Assembly (NCBI RefSeq): GCF_000315625.1
Contig: NW_005434515.1
Span: 1 to 33,348, forward strand
DNA length: 33,348 bases
From: Guillardia theta CCMP2712
Lineage: Eukaryota; Protista; Cryptophyta
Direction of reading: 5' to 3'
Shown: positions 1-23,662 of the stretch, piece after piece
How the letters are laid out: each line of letters opens with the position of its first letter
How positions within the stretch are numbered: position 1 is the stretch's first letter
Made by a program: the position numbers and the translations under genes
The notes under the pieces: model-generated
Told to the model about the DNA's origin: nothing
Databases searched by the model: none
What the model saw: only the letters and a program-made list of their open reading frames with translations

Positions 1-13550
<13,550 letters not shown>

Positions 13551-13619
13551 TGTGGCGCCGACTCAAACCGTCAGTCAAAAAAAATTGACAACCAACGTCA
13601 AACTAAAAAAATTTCAACC

Positions 13620-14140
13620 GCAAGCCGCGCGCCCGGCCCGGCCGGCACCTGCCCGCGGCCTGGCAGAGTCTCACCGGGCCAGTGGGACACTACTGACTCA
13701 CTGTCAGTACTCGTAGGTGAGTCACGGTAGTGACTGATCCGCCGGTGATCGGAGTCCCATGCCATCCGATGATCCATCCTTACTAGTCCCAAACTTGACT
13801 CGTGGTGACCCGGGCCGACGGTCGGGTGACCCGGGCCGCCGCCGGGCCCAGCTTGCCAGCGGCACCGAGCCAAGGGCCAGGGCCCGGGACGGCGGTCGAG
13901 CTAGATTGAGTTGGAAAATCTTCAGTCTACAGTACAGGGGGACTGGCTGAAACCCGGCTTCAATCAGTGGCTTGCCAAGTTGATCACTAAAAGCCGTCCG
14001 CGGGCCGCCCCGGGGGCCGCGTGCCCTGCACTGCCGGCCGGCGTGCATCGGAGGCCGCCCCCGCGGGCTGCAGTTCAAACTCCTTCACTGTGACTTCACG
14101 GTTGGCAGCTTCCGGGCTACCACAGTCCGGCGGGGTCCAA
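13620..14140. other. GC-rich non-coding element with many CCGG/GGCC/CCCGGG motifs, upstream of the dynein gene
   Basis: Sharp compositional change. Direct repeat GGTGACCCGGGCCG twice (~13804-13838), hairpin TACTGAC-N5-GTCAGTA (13691-13709), and TGACTCA/TGAGTCA at 13694 and 13718. Confidence 0.5.
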
Positions 14141-14420
14141 ATCATAATTGTTCAACCTGGAGGAATTTATTTCCAATTATGAGCGAAGTATTACAGCATC
14201 GTACTAAGAATCAGAGTCCGGCCAGGCTGATGGTCTTTCTCTGATCAACATAAGCGATGGGTAGCTAACTAGTGTACAAGATGCACCAGGATGGTCACGG
14301 GACCAAATCACTTCCACTAAGTTACATCTGAGACCACCGAGTCTTTCTTTGATGACATGGCACTCCGATACATCCTTCTCAATCAATCATGTAACTTTCC
14401 AGCTTCAGTTGCTTTCCCTC

Positions 14421-16112
14421 CTACTGCTTCAACTGGGCAATCGCGGAAATGTCGATTGCTGATGCCCGCAAAAGATCGCTCTGAGACAGAAGCAGCTCTG
14501 CCAGATCTGATGCTCTCGGTTGGAAGGTGTACATAGGAAGCATCTGCGGCACGAGCTCGATCCAACCCGGCAGCATGAGAGGAACTGTGATGGGGCTGCA
14601 CAAGCTTGCTGCTGCCTGCAGGTCTTGCGATAGCTTGGGTTGGAGATACGGTTCCCAGGTAGTTTGGAGCGGTTGAGAGCTGAGCTTCATGCGTTTGGCG
14701 CTCCGAGTCTCTTCAGTTGAAGGCTCCGGAGAGACCAGAGCTGATATCGGAAGCCCCGACGACGCTTGTCCGAGGTTCTGAAGCTTGAAAGCGCTGCCCG
14801 CCTGACATTGCTGTCCTTTCTCCGCCTTGGCTGACGCCATTGGATCTGCCGCAGGGCTGCTCAAGATCCGTCGCTTGAGGCATCGGTTGTGCCTCAAAGC
14901 GAGCGGCACGAACAAGGGCTGACCACATCCGTTGCTCATCGCAGCCCGATGGAGCTCGACCAGCTTCCGCGCCACTGCCACCCGCAGCTCCCGCGGCCTC
15001 CTCACCATCTGCATCTGCAAGATCCCCGTCCTGTGTAGAGTTGCCGTCTGGCGCTTACCGAGGCCTTTGAGGATGGTGCTGCGAAACTTGGAGTTCTTGA
15101 TGTCAAGCTCATGCTGTAAAACAGCTTCGTCAAAGTCTTCCAGAATCTTTCGCCGCCAGTGCTTACGTCCCCCCTGAGTATTCGAGACGATCCAGTCTAA
15201 GAACCTCCTGCTTGCTCGCGCCTGCTCTGCCGCCGGGAGACAGCTGAACACTGAGCAGGCCTCGTCAAGCGTCGAGAAAGAGCACTCGATGTCAACGTTG
15301 AGCACTATGGCAAAGTTCTGGAGCACCTTCGCGTCCGTCAGCTCGGTGAGCACGCTTGTGTCAAGCCCCCACCCCTGCTCGTGAAGCAGCACGGAGTCTG
15401 TGACGCCGTAGATGGAAGAACCTTCCTTCCACTCGATGGGAGTGATCATGACCTCAGACATGAAGTGCTTGAGAAAGTCATCCACTTCCTCTCCCGTCAA
15501 GGGGCCATTGATTTGCAGGAGCTGCTTCCTATCTCCGTTCTGCAGCTTCATGGATCGGAAGAGCACGAGGCTCATCGTCTTGGAGTTGTCGACTGCTCGC
15601 GTCTCGTTGAGACTCTGATCCATGTGGTCTATGCTGAGGGTCAGGGTGATTCGCCGAGGATCCAAGCACTCGCCATCTTCGACGGGAGTCGGCCGCATCC
15701 CTAGAGAACCTTGATGTGAGATCTTGTGTACGTAGAAGCGGTATTCCCCGGACACGGTAGTGTACGTGCGTCCCTGCTCAAGCTGCGATACTGCGGTCTT
15801 GCCGTAGGGCACCCCGACCAGGAGCTGGGAGTTGTCTGCTTTGCACAGGAACGAGCCGCACTTCTTGATGCACTTGACGTGGCTGAAAACGTCGTCGAAG
15901 ACGATGGGAGAGGTCCCGTTGACATTCTTGCACGACTCAAGGAGGAACGGCTCGAGAACGTGCTGCTCGAACAGGGAGACCGTCTCTCTCTCGAGATGTC
16001 CGATATCCAGCAGGTCGCTGGGGCTGGACTCATCTTGAGATGGCTTCGAGGCGAGCTGTACGAGGGTGGACGCAGCATCTTGGATCAGGACTTCGTTCTT
16101 GGTCTGCTTCAT
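14421..16112 (-). CDS. Intronless hypothetical protein, 563 aa, possibly nuclear
   Basis: Long ATG-initiated ORF with GC-ending codon usage. Globular-looking core, basic segments (GGRKHWRRK, LKRR, SAKRMKL) and an S/P/Q-rich tail. No recognised domain. Confidence 0.75.
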   Translation of the reverse strand: MKQTKNEVLIQDAASTLVQLASKPSQDESSPSDLLDIGHLERETVSLFEQHVLEPFLLESCKNVNGTSPIVFDDVFSHVKCIKKCGSFLCKADNSQLLVGVPYGKTAVSQLEQGRTYTTVSGEYRFYVHKISHQGSLGMRPTPVEDGECLDPRRITLTLSIDHMDQSLNETRAVDNSKTMSLVLFRSMKLQNGDRKQLLQINGPLTGEEVDDFLKHFMSEVMITPIEWKEGSSIYGVTDSVLLHEQGWGLDTSVLTELTDAKVLQNFAIVLNVDIECSFSTLDEACSVFSCLPAAEQARASRRFLDWIVSNTQGGRKHWRRKILEDFDEAVLQHELDIKNSKFRSTILKGLGKRQTATLHRTGILQMQMVRRPRELRVAVARKLVELHRAAMSNGCGQPLFVPLALRHNRCLKRRILSSPAADPMASAKAEKGQQCQAGSAFKLQNLGQASSGLPISALVSPEPSTEETRSAKRMKLSSQPLQTTWEPYLQPKLSQDLQAAASLCSPITVPLMLPGWIELVPQMLPMYTFQPRASDLAELLLSQSDLLRASAIDISAIAQLKQ

Positions 16113-16812
16113 GGCGGTTGTGCAGTAAGAGGGACGGGGTTCGGGTGAGAAGGGCTGATGAGGAAGGCAGATGGGCGGGAGTGGCGATGAAGAGAAAAGA
16201 TTCGGTGGAAGACGAGCGAAGGATTATTCCATTCACAAGTTAGAAGCGTGAGGAAATATTGTGAGGAAGGAAACTCAGAGAGCAAGATAAGAGTTTGACG
16301 TGAGTGTAGGATAGCAACGCCTAGCCAAGGACGGAGGGAGGGAACAGGGAAGGAGGCAGCGAAGGAGGTGGGGGTATATTGGGGGGAGAAAGCTCAGCAC
16401 AGGTGGACTGGGTGGAAGGAAAGGAAGGGGGTGGCATGAAATGGGTAGGGAGGTGATATGGTGGGGTACTTAACTGGAAAGAGGTGGGGTACAGGTACTG
16501 GGTCAGAGCCGACTTTGAGTGAAACAGGGGGTAGGGGGGGAGCAGACGCTCGGACGTGCAAGAGTGGGGGTGGGGGTGGGGGTACAAACACAAACCTCGA
16601 TAAGGAAAGAAGCGATTCCATGGGGTGGGTAGTCTTGAGGTTTAGTTGAGGGGTGGGGAGATAAAAAAACCTCGTACTGATGGTGAACAGATTGTACCAG
16701 GTGTGGGAGCAAAAAAATTATAGAAGGGGTAGGGTAGTCAACAAACAACCCCCCATGTCCACCTGGGTCCTTGAAGGTTAACAAGTCAGCTCGAGCACTG
16801 AGTCACCAGGGA

Positions 16813-16855
16813 GGGTAGGTAGGGTAGGTAGGGTAGGTAGGGTAGGTAGGGTAGG
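16813..16855 (+). repeat. (GGGTAGGTA) x ~4.8 tandem repeat with G-quadruplex potential
   Basis: Five GGG tracts spaced by 6 nt, within a G-skewed intergenic region (16320-16860). Confidence 0.9.
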
Positions 16856-17690
16856 AATGGAATTTTCCTAGAACCGAAGTCTTACCTGAGGGCTACGACA
16901 GCGTGGTCCTATGGGACTCAGTCTTGTTGGGTCCTTACTGACTCATGGTAGACTCTAGTAGGACCAGGTGCTAGGAAGAAGCATGACAATCCGTTTCCTT
17001 CTGTAGTAAAGTTATTTGAAGGTTCTCATCCTGAGACCAACTTGGCAAGGAGTGCGTCAGTTTTTCACGAAATCGCTTCAGATTTCAAATCTCAGTAGTG
17101 AATTTGAACGGGCGCGCGTCTCTCGGCATAGAATTTCAGGCATTGCATGTACTACCGGGAGTTAACTTCGGCTCTTCGTCTCGTGTCATGGACCGGCAAT
17201 CCGTAACGCCTGCACGGCCCGCAACTGAACGGTTACCGGCCAACGCCGGGCAGCCCGTGGCCCGGGCCCGGGCCCGCCATTTACTGTTCAAGTTACAACA
17301 ATAATACATTATACAGTAAAGTGGACATATTCAAATTTCATGATCAATGTGGAAATTTCTTGAAATGATTTGGTCATTTTTGAAATGAACAGATGGCACT
17401 TGCAAAAAGGAATACACAATTTGAAAGCAAGTTAATTTTTCTGTTCTAGACGGGGAGGGACAAACATAATAGTTTGGAACTCGGCAGTGGGTGGGGGTGA
17501 TAGGTGGTCCTAGAAACTTATTCAGCCAACAATGGGTCCTAGGAGGCTAAGGAATGCACGATCTTACAACATTTTAACTGATGCTGCGGTAGTACTACTT
17601 TACTTAAAAAACACGTCTTTACACACTCAAGCTGCAAGAGCTCTCAGGAGCGCGAGAGAGGAGCGAGCGAGAGGCGAGCTGAGCACTTTC

Positions 17691-18842
17691 ATGAAGAAGA
17701 GCAACGGAGAAGAGCGACACAACTGGATCCAAGTGAGCGCTACCATCGGCTTGCTCGTTGCGGTGATCGCTGCTTATTTCCTCAAAACAAAGCCCGAGCT
17801 TTTACTGCAACTTCCAAATGGATACATTCCATGGGCGATGATGGGCGGTACAATGCCCCCCTACTTTGACCCGGCTCCATACGAGTTGGAAGAGTTTAGG
17901 ACATGGGCAAGAGATGGCGACCTGATCGTGACCCCTGCCTGTAAGTCAGGTACCACGTGGATGCTGTATTGCGCCCACCAGATCCGAACCAAAGGGCTTG
18001 ACAACAACTACCGTGAGGTCAATGTCAACACACCCTGGGTGGGCTACAAGCACAAGCCAGGGCAAACTTGGCAAGAGCTCAAGGAGCTCATGAATACCAC
18101 CATTCTGGAAGACGGGTCGTTGCTCAAGGACTTCTGGGATAATCCTGATTACCCTTTCCGTGTGTTCAAGTCTCACTTCGGCCCGCGACAGGAGAACGGC
18201 ACCTCCGACGATGTTCTGCCAGTGAGAGAGTATCCTGGTGTGAAGTATCTCGCGATGGTGCGGGAAGGACGTGACGTGGTAGCGAGCTTCTATCCCTTCT
18301 TTGCCAAGCACCGACCAGAGTACAAGAAGATATGGGGGGACTTCCCGCCCTCGTATGGAAGCAAGGAGCAATGCTTGAAAGACCTTCTGCCAGGAGGAAT
18401 TCTGCATTACCTCTACTTCGGTTATGCCAAGTCTTGGTGGAAGTTCAGGAACGAGCCCAACGTGCTGCTCATGCACTACAACGACATGAGGAAGGACTTG
18501 CGCGGGGGAGTGAAAAAGATAGCTAAGTTTGTTGACGTGGAGCTCAACGAGGAGGAGCTGGATCGAGTGACAGAGAAGTGTGGCTTTGATCACATGAAGA
18601 AGATTCAAGACAAGTTCAATTACCTGCTATGGGGAAATGATCAGTTCAAGAGTCAGGTCATGTGTGGCACGCATTACTGCAGGTCGGACAAGGAAGGCTC
18701 AGTGATCCAGAAAGGAAAGGTGGGCAGTGGCAAGAACTTCTTCACGCCAGAGATGGATCGCATGTGGGAGGAGGCGATTGCGTCTGAGTTCTCCGACCCC
18801 AAGCTGCGACATTGGGCAGAGCATGGAGGAGCATTTGATTGA
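17691..18842 (+). CDS. PAPS-dependent sulfotransferase (Sulfotransfer_1-like) with N-terminal membrane anchor, 383 aa, intronless
   Basis: 5'-PSB loop DLIVTPACKSGTTW (~17931-17960), catalytic RVFKSH, 3'-PB motif VREGRDVVAS, then NVLLMHYNDMRKDL and C-terminal QKGKVGSGKNFFT. Hydrophobic segment WIQVSATIGLLVAVIAAYFL. An in-frame upstream ATG exists at 17532, but that AT-rich stretch looks like promoter or UTR. Confidence 0.92.
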   Translation: MKKSNGEERHNWIQVSATIGLLVAVIAAYFLKTKPELLLQLPNGYIPWAMMGGTMPPYFDPAPYELEEFRTWARDGDLIVTPACKSGTTWMLYCAHQIRTKGLDNNYREVNVNTPWVGYKHKPGQTWQELKELMNTTILEDGSLLKDFWDNPDYPFRVFKSHFGPRQENGTSDDVLPVREYPGVKYLAMVREGRDVVASFYPFFAKHRPEYKKIWGDFPPSYGSKEQCLKDLLPGGILHYLYFGYAKSWWKFRNEPNVLLMHYNDMRKDLRGGVKKIAKFVDVELNEEELDRVTEKCGFDHMKKIQDKFNYLLWGNDQFKSQVMCGTHYCRSDKEGSVIQKGKVGSGKNFFTPEMDRMWEEAIASEFSDPKLRHWAEHGGAFD

Positions 18843-19147
18843 AGGGGATGAGCAATCGGTCACGATGAAGCCCCCTTTGCCTGTCGGTTGAGTTTGAGAG
18901 AAAGACAGAGAGAGAGAAAGAGATTGAAAAGGCTAGGATACATCCCCTTTTCCTTGCTTGCTATTGTGTATACAACCTGCTGCAGTGAATTGTGTCGATG
19001 CGATGCGATGATGTATGGACTGTATTTGTTCAACATCGGTAAAGATTGAAAATTGACTCTTTGCTACTTACATGGGTTGTCTTGGATCTCTCAGTTATGC
19101 TTTGTTGTCGTTACAATGTCATTGACGTCGCTACCCAGTCCGGATGT

Positions 19148-20181
19148 TCATTTCTTTGAAGGTACAAATGCTTCCAACGGAAAGAGATCTGAGCTGTTTT
19201 CCCGTAGACAATCATAATCCAAATCGATCTGCTCACCTTCCACTGACAAGATGGCCCCAATCGCCTTGAAGAACCGAACATGCTCAACCGCTTCTATCTC
19301 CGCAACGTAGAGGAATTTCAGTCCCTTTGGATCCATGGAGAGGAGCGAGAGCTTGATCTTTCTGAAGTAGGTGTCGTCTAGATGAGGATACTCGACATCA
19401 TCTGGGATCCCTAGAGTAGACCACACTCGTGCTTTGAACGTGGAGGATTTCTGTAATACTAGGTTCATCCTAGCTACGTGAATCTCCTTCTTGGGCAATA
19501 AGGACCAAAACTCTGGGTCTGGGTATTCGGATAAAACTTGTTCCGTCTGAATCTGATCTGCATGCATGCAAATAGTGTGGAAGAAAGATTCCAATAGGGT
19601 CCTGGTAACAATATCAGCAGAGTTCACGAGAGCAATTCGATAAACCTCTTCATGATCAGCGATTCTTTGTATGCCATTCGTAGAAATGTACAACGTGTAG
19701 CAAGCGTTATGAGCTCTGCCATGTCAGGATTGTATTCAATGAGCTTGTTTGTTGCGTCCCTTGTTGCATCTCTTTCCCGCATCCTTTCTTCTCGATCTTC
19801 ATAGCTTATCTCGATGCAAATGTTAACACGAGGATATCCTACGAGGGGTTTGACGTTCTCCAGTGCGATGGCCTTGTGGTAGCAGATTACCCACGCAAAA
19901 GTAGGCAGCGCTCGGAACTGAAGCTCCTGCTTGACTGCACGTGAAGCATCCGCTTTCATCTTCCACTCTTCTACCGGCCAAGAAACAGCGTGGAAAGGGA
20001 GGGAGGAGGAGGAACATGCGAGCGAGGATATGGGAAGAGAGCGCAGGAAAGAGGAGAGGTACACTGGGATCAAGCTCAAGGAGGGGAAGGCGGAGAAGAG
20101 AAACAGCAGCACGTCATGTCCCACCACTGAGATCGCCACTGGTAACACCAGCCGCCACACCCACTCCCGCAATCCCGCCAT
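19148..20181 (-). CDS. Hypothetical protein, spliced; 5' end uncertain
   Basis: Overlapping ORFs 19624-20187 and 19148-19693 join in frame through a 44-nt GT-AG intron (19602-19645, branch-like GCTGAT), giving ...SLIMKR|TLLESFFH. No recognised domain. Confidence 0.65.
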
Positions 20182-20283
20182 GCCCACAAGCCCCGAGCCG
20201 TTATGAGTCGTTACATGGGAAAATGAAGCCGGACCAACCCTGCGACTCGGAACCTTCTAGCAGACCTTGTAGCTCGATTATGT

Positions 20284-20336
20284 GAGGAGGAGGAGGAGGA
20301 GGAGGAGGAGGAGGAGGAGGAGGAGGAGGAGGAGGA
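20284..20336. repeat. (GAG)n trinucleotide microsatellite
   Basis: Perfect run between two minus-strand genes. Confidence 0.95.
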
Positions 20337-20372
20337 CATGGGAGAATTACCAGGTATCGTCCTTGTTCTTAC

Positions 20373-22183
20373 TCAAGTTTTATTCTCTTCCTCATCATCA
20401 CTGATATTCGTCAACTCCATGGCCAATATCCGCTCAATCTCCTCCCTCTCGCTCGCGTCTTCCCCATGATGGAAGGGAACGATCATGTTCTTGTTGACCT
20501 GAGATGCCTCACACGAGGTTGGGCAAGAGGAAAGTCACCTGGTTCGTCGTCCTGCTCGAAGCTACATCCCCGTAGAGCAAATGTATGGTGCTCTCCTGCC
20601 GCAGATGTCAACCGATTCTGAGACAGACAAGGCAGCAAGACCTGGCTCAGCATCATCTCCAGGACCTGCTCTCTTTCCTGCATCGCAGAGGCATCACGAG
20701 ATGGAGATCTTCATGACAACAAGGCGCACTTCTTTGGATAGACCATGGCTGACAGTCTCTTCTTTCATGCTGTCCTTTCTCACCTGGTGGGTGTGGCGAG
20801 GGTCAGAAGGAGAACAGCTCATCGCCTTCAGAGCTCACAGCGTCAACACAACTCCGCAGAATGCTCTCGAGCTCTGTCCGATGGTTGAGCATCGTCTCAT
20901 GACTTGCCTTAGCCTAGCGCGTGTCAAGGGACGATCAAGATTGTCAAGAAACGAAACCTCTCGTCCCGACTTCCTTTCATTCTCAAGCATCTTCTTCAAC
21001 CTCTTGTACACTTCCTTGTACCTTGCAAGCTCGTCTTGTTCCGACTGCAGATGACACTCACAGATGCTCACATGTGAACAGACTACCTTGGACACGGGAG
21101 GTTGTTGTTGCACCTCTTGCTCAGGCATCCGGTTGTTTGATTTGCTATCTGAATGATTCTTTTGAGCCAGAGCAGTCTTGTTCAACCTTTCTGATTCCTT
21201 CTTCAACCTCTCATTCTCCTTCTTCAAGGCGACCTGGGCAGGCATCACTGAACAGGCTACTCCTTTGCGAGGTTCACCATCTGTCGGACTAGATACTCTC
21301 GGTCGTCCTCTCGCATCTTGCATTCGCTCTTGTACTTGTCGACTCTCTGACTGAGAGCCTCGTTGATTCTGTCAAGTCTTATAGCTTGTTCTTTGTGTTT
21401 GTCGACATCCTTTTAAACGAATCAGACTTTGCAAAACATGTTTTTTCTCGCCCTCACCCTCGCGAACATGGCGGTCCTCTCAACCCATGCTCGAGGGATG
21501 CCGGACTCGTCCTCTTGCTTTGTTTGTTCTCTCCTCAGCTTGTCCTCATACTGCCATCGTATGGTTAGAGCGATTCTCACTGACCGCGCCGTCAGCAGGG
21601 GACCTCAACGATCCGAGATCGAAACTGTCGGAGCAGCTCTTGCTCGTGGTCTTCGATCAGCTGATCTTTGCGAGTTTGCAGGATGTCGAGGTTGTTGATG
21701 ATTGACTGGTGTAGGTTCCTCAGTTTTGGCATGCTGACTTCTTCGCTTCCTCGGCAGAGGACTGTCTTCTCGAGGGTAGACTTGAGCTGGGAGATCTCTG
21801 CCTTGTACTGCACTTCTCGGCGCAAGTAGCTCTCGTTTCGTTTCTTGAGGTCTTGTTTCCTGACGTGAAGTGAGTGGCTGCAAGACACGTGCTTGTCCTC
21901 ACAGCTTCTCGTGGGCTGGCACTAACGAGTCATAGCTCTCTTGAAGCTGGTTAAGTTTCTTCTTCTCCAGTCAGCCCTCCTCACTTGATACTCTCTCACT
22001 CACCGCTATGTACTCATCCTTCGAGTCCGGCGAGAGGTGCCTGCATCCCTCCCTTAGTCTCCTCCTCCCCGCATGCGTGCGCTACCCAGACAGGCGCATC
22101 GAGCGACTGAAGGGCATCGGAGATCCCGGTTTGCTGCTGTTGGCGGAGTCCGTATCCCCCTGGGTGTTCAATGCCTTGGGCAT
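20373..22183 (-). CDS. Multi-exon coiled-coil protein of unknown function
   Basis: Many short frame-consistent exons: KKRNESYLRREVQYKAEISQLK, EQELLRQFRSRI, ELARYKEVYKRLKKMLENERK, HRTELESILRSCVDA|VRK, EREQVLEMMLSQ|ESTIHLLY, with TGA at 20373-20375. The start at 22183 is tentative and upstream exons are possible. Confidence 0.72.
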
Positions 22184-22349
22184 GGCCTGAAGCTAAACTC
22201 AGGTCGTCGGAGGAGGAGGCAGAGGGAGAAGAGGTGGGGAAAGAGAAGGGAAGTAGGGACGGGATGAGCAGGAGAGAGATGAAAAGAAGAGAAAAGTGAT
22301 GAGAAAAGGGAGACGAGTTGAAAAGACAGAACAGAAGGAAAGTAGAAGA

Positions 22350-22965
22350 GCGAAGAGGACAGGACAGGACAGGACAGAACAGGACAGGACAGGACAGGAC
22401 AGGACAGGGAGAGAGGAGGGGAGAGTGGAGGGGGAGGGGAGGGGAGAGAGGAGGGAGAGGAGAGGAGAGGAGGGAGGAGGAGGGGGACCAGGGAAAGAAA
22501 AGAGCAGGAGCAGGAGCAGGAGGAACAGCAAAAGGAGGAGGAGGAGGAGGAGGAGGAGGAGGAGAAGAAGGAGGAGGATGAGCAGCAGCAGCAGCAGCAG
22601 AAGGAGACCTGTAACTGCAGAAGCTCGATGCCAAGGATGGAGACAGCCTTCGCTTTTCCTTCTTCGACTAAAGAAGAGAAACATGGCTCCACCAGCTGAC
22701 TTTCATCGAGATACTGAGAAGAATGAGTGAGACGATGCGGAGAGGAGAGGAGAGGAGAGGAAAGAGAGGGGAGGGGAGGGGAGGGGAGGGGAGGAGAGGA
22801 GAGGAGAGGAGAGGAGAGGAGAGAGGACAGGGACAGCTTCATTGCCGTACTATCGTGTTGTCGATTGCGCTGTCGCGGAGGAGAGAGGAGGAGGGGAGGG
22901 GAGGGGAGGGGAGGAGAGGAGAGGAGAGGAGAGGAGAGGAGAGGAGAGGAGAGGAGAGGAGAGGA
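22350..22965. repeat. Cluster of polypurine microsatellites: (GACAG)n, (GAG)n, (CAG)n, (GAGAG)n, (GGGGA)n
   Basis: Directly visible runs interleaved with short unique segments. Confidence 0.9.
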
Positions 22966-23662
22966 AGAGCATCAGCATGTTGGAATATGTCTCACGTCCT
23001 TGCGCATCTTGGACGGCATTGTAGGTTTGGATTAAAGGACCCCAGGTTTCCACCCTGGTATGATGGGAAAAGAGGGGGTAGATTCCCCATAGGCCCTGCC
23101 GTTGATCCCAGATGGAAGGGAGGTGAATGGAGGGAGGAGGATGAGGGGACGGGAGGGCCGGGAAGGCGAGGAGGAGGGAGGGAATGGTTGAAGAGGTCAG
23201 GTGAAGGACAGGAGAAGAGAGGAAGTGCCTGACCATACCAGCACAGATACAAGAAAAGAGGATGGAGAGACCGCGAGTTGACAGACAAGGAGAAAGATCG
23301 AGCTTCACTGCTGAGCTGCCATGAAGAGGGCGATGCAAAATTCATGCAGAAAGAACTAGACGACCGCTTGTGATGTGAGGCGAGCTCGTCAGAAAGAACA
23401 CGAGGAGAGAAGGTGATACTACTCCAGCTCTGCTCGTCTCATTCTTGTGCTTCTGGTGCAAGCAATGAAAGCAAGAAGAGACCTGAAGGCTTTTCGTAGC
23501 CACAACCTCAAAATGTATGTCGCGACATGCTTTGCTACACTGTAGTCAGAGTCACTACATCTCCGCCCTCTCGCCTATCTTGATGTGATGGAGAACGAAG
23601 GCTAGCAAGAGCCTTGTCTTGGCAAGCAAGACATTGCTTGAGTCCTCTCAACCTAGCGAATC

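Noticed and set aside
16813-16855. Interstitial telomere
   Set aside because: It contains TAGGG, but the 9-bp unit is not a telomeric repeat I recognise and the tract is short.
13600-17300. Transposon carrying the 563-aa ORF
   Set aside because: No terminal inverted repeats, LTRs, target duplication, or transposase/RT/integrase motifs found.
17946-18608. 220-aa antisense ORF
   Set aside because: Lies wholly opposite the well-supported sulfotransferase.
19602-19693. Apparent frameshift or pseudogene between two overlapping ORFs
   Set aside because: Resolved by a 44-nt GT-AG intron.
22014-23345. Long low-complexity ORFs (poly-L, poly-S, RRGEE, CPVLS)
   Set aside because: Translations of microsatellites that lack stop codons.
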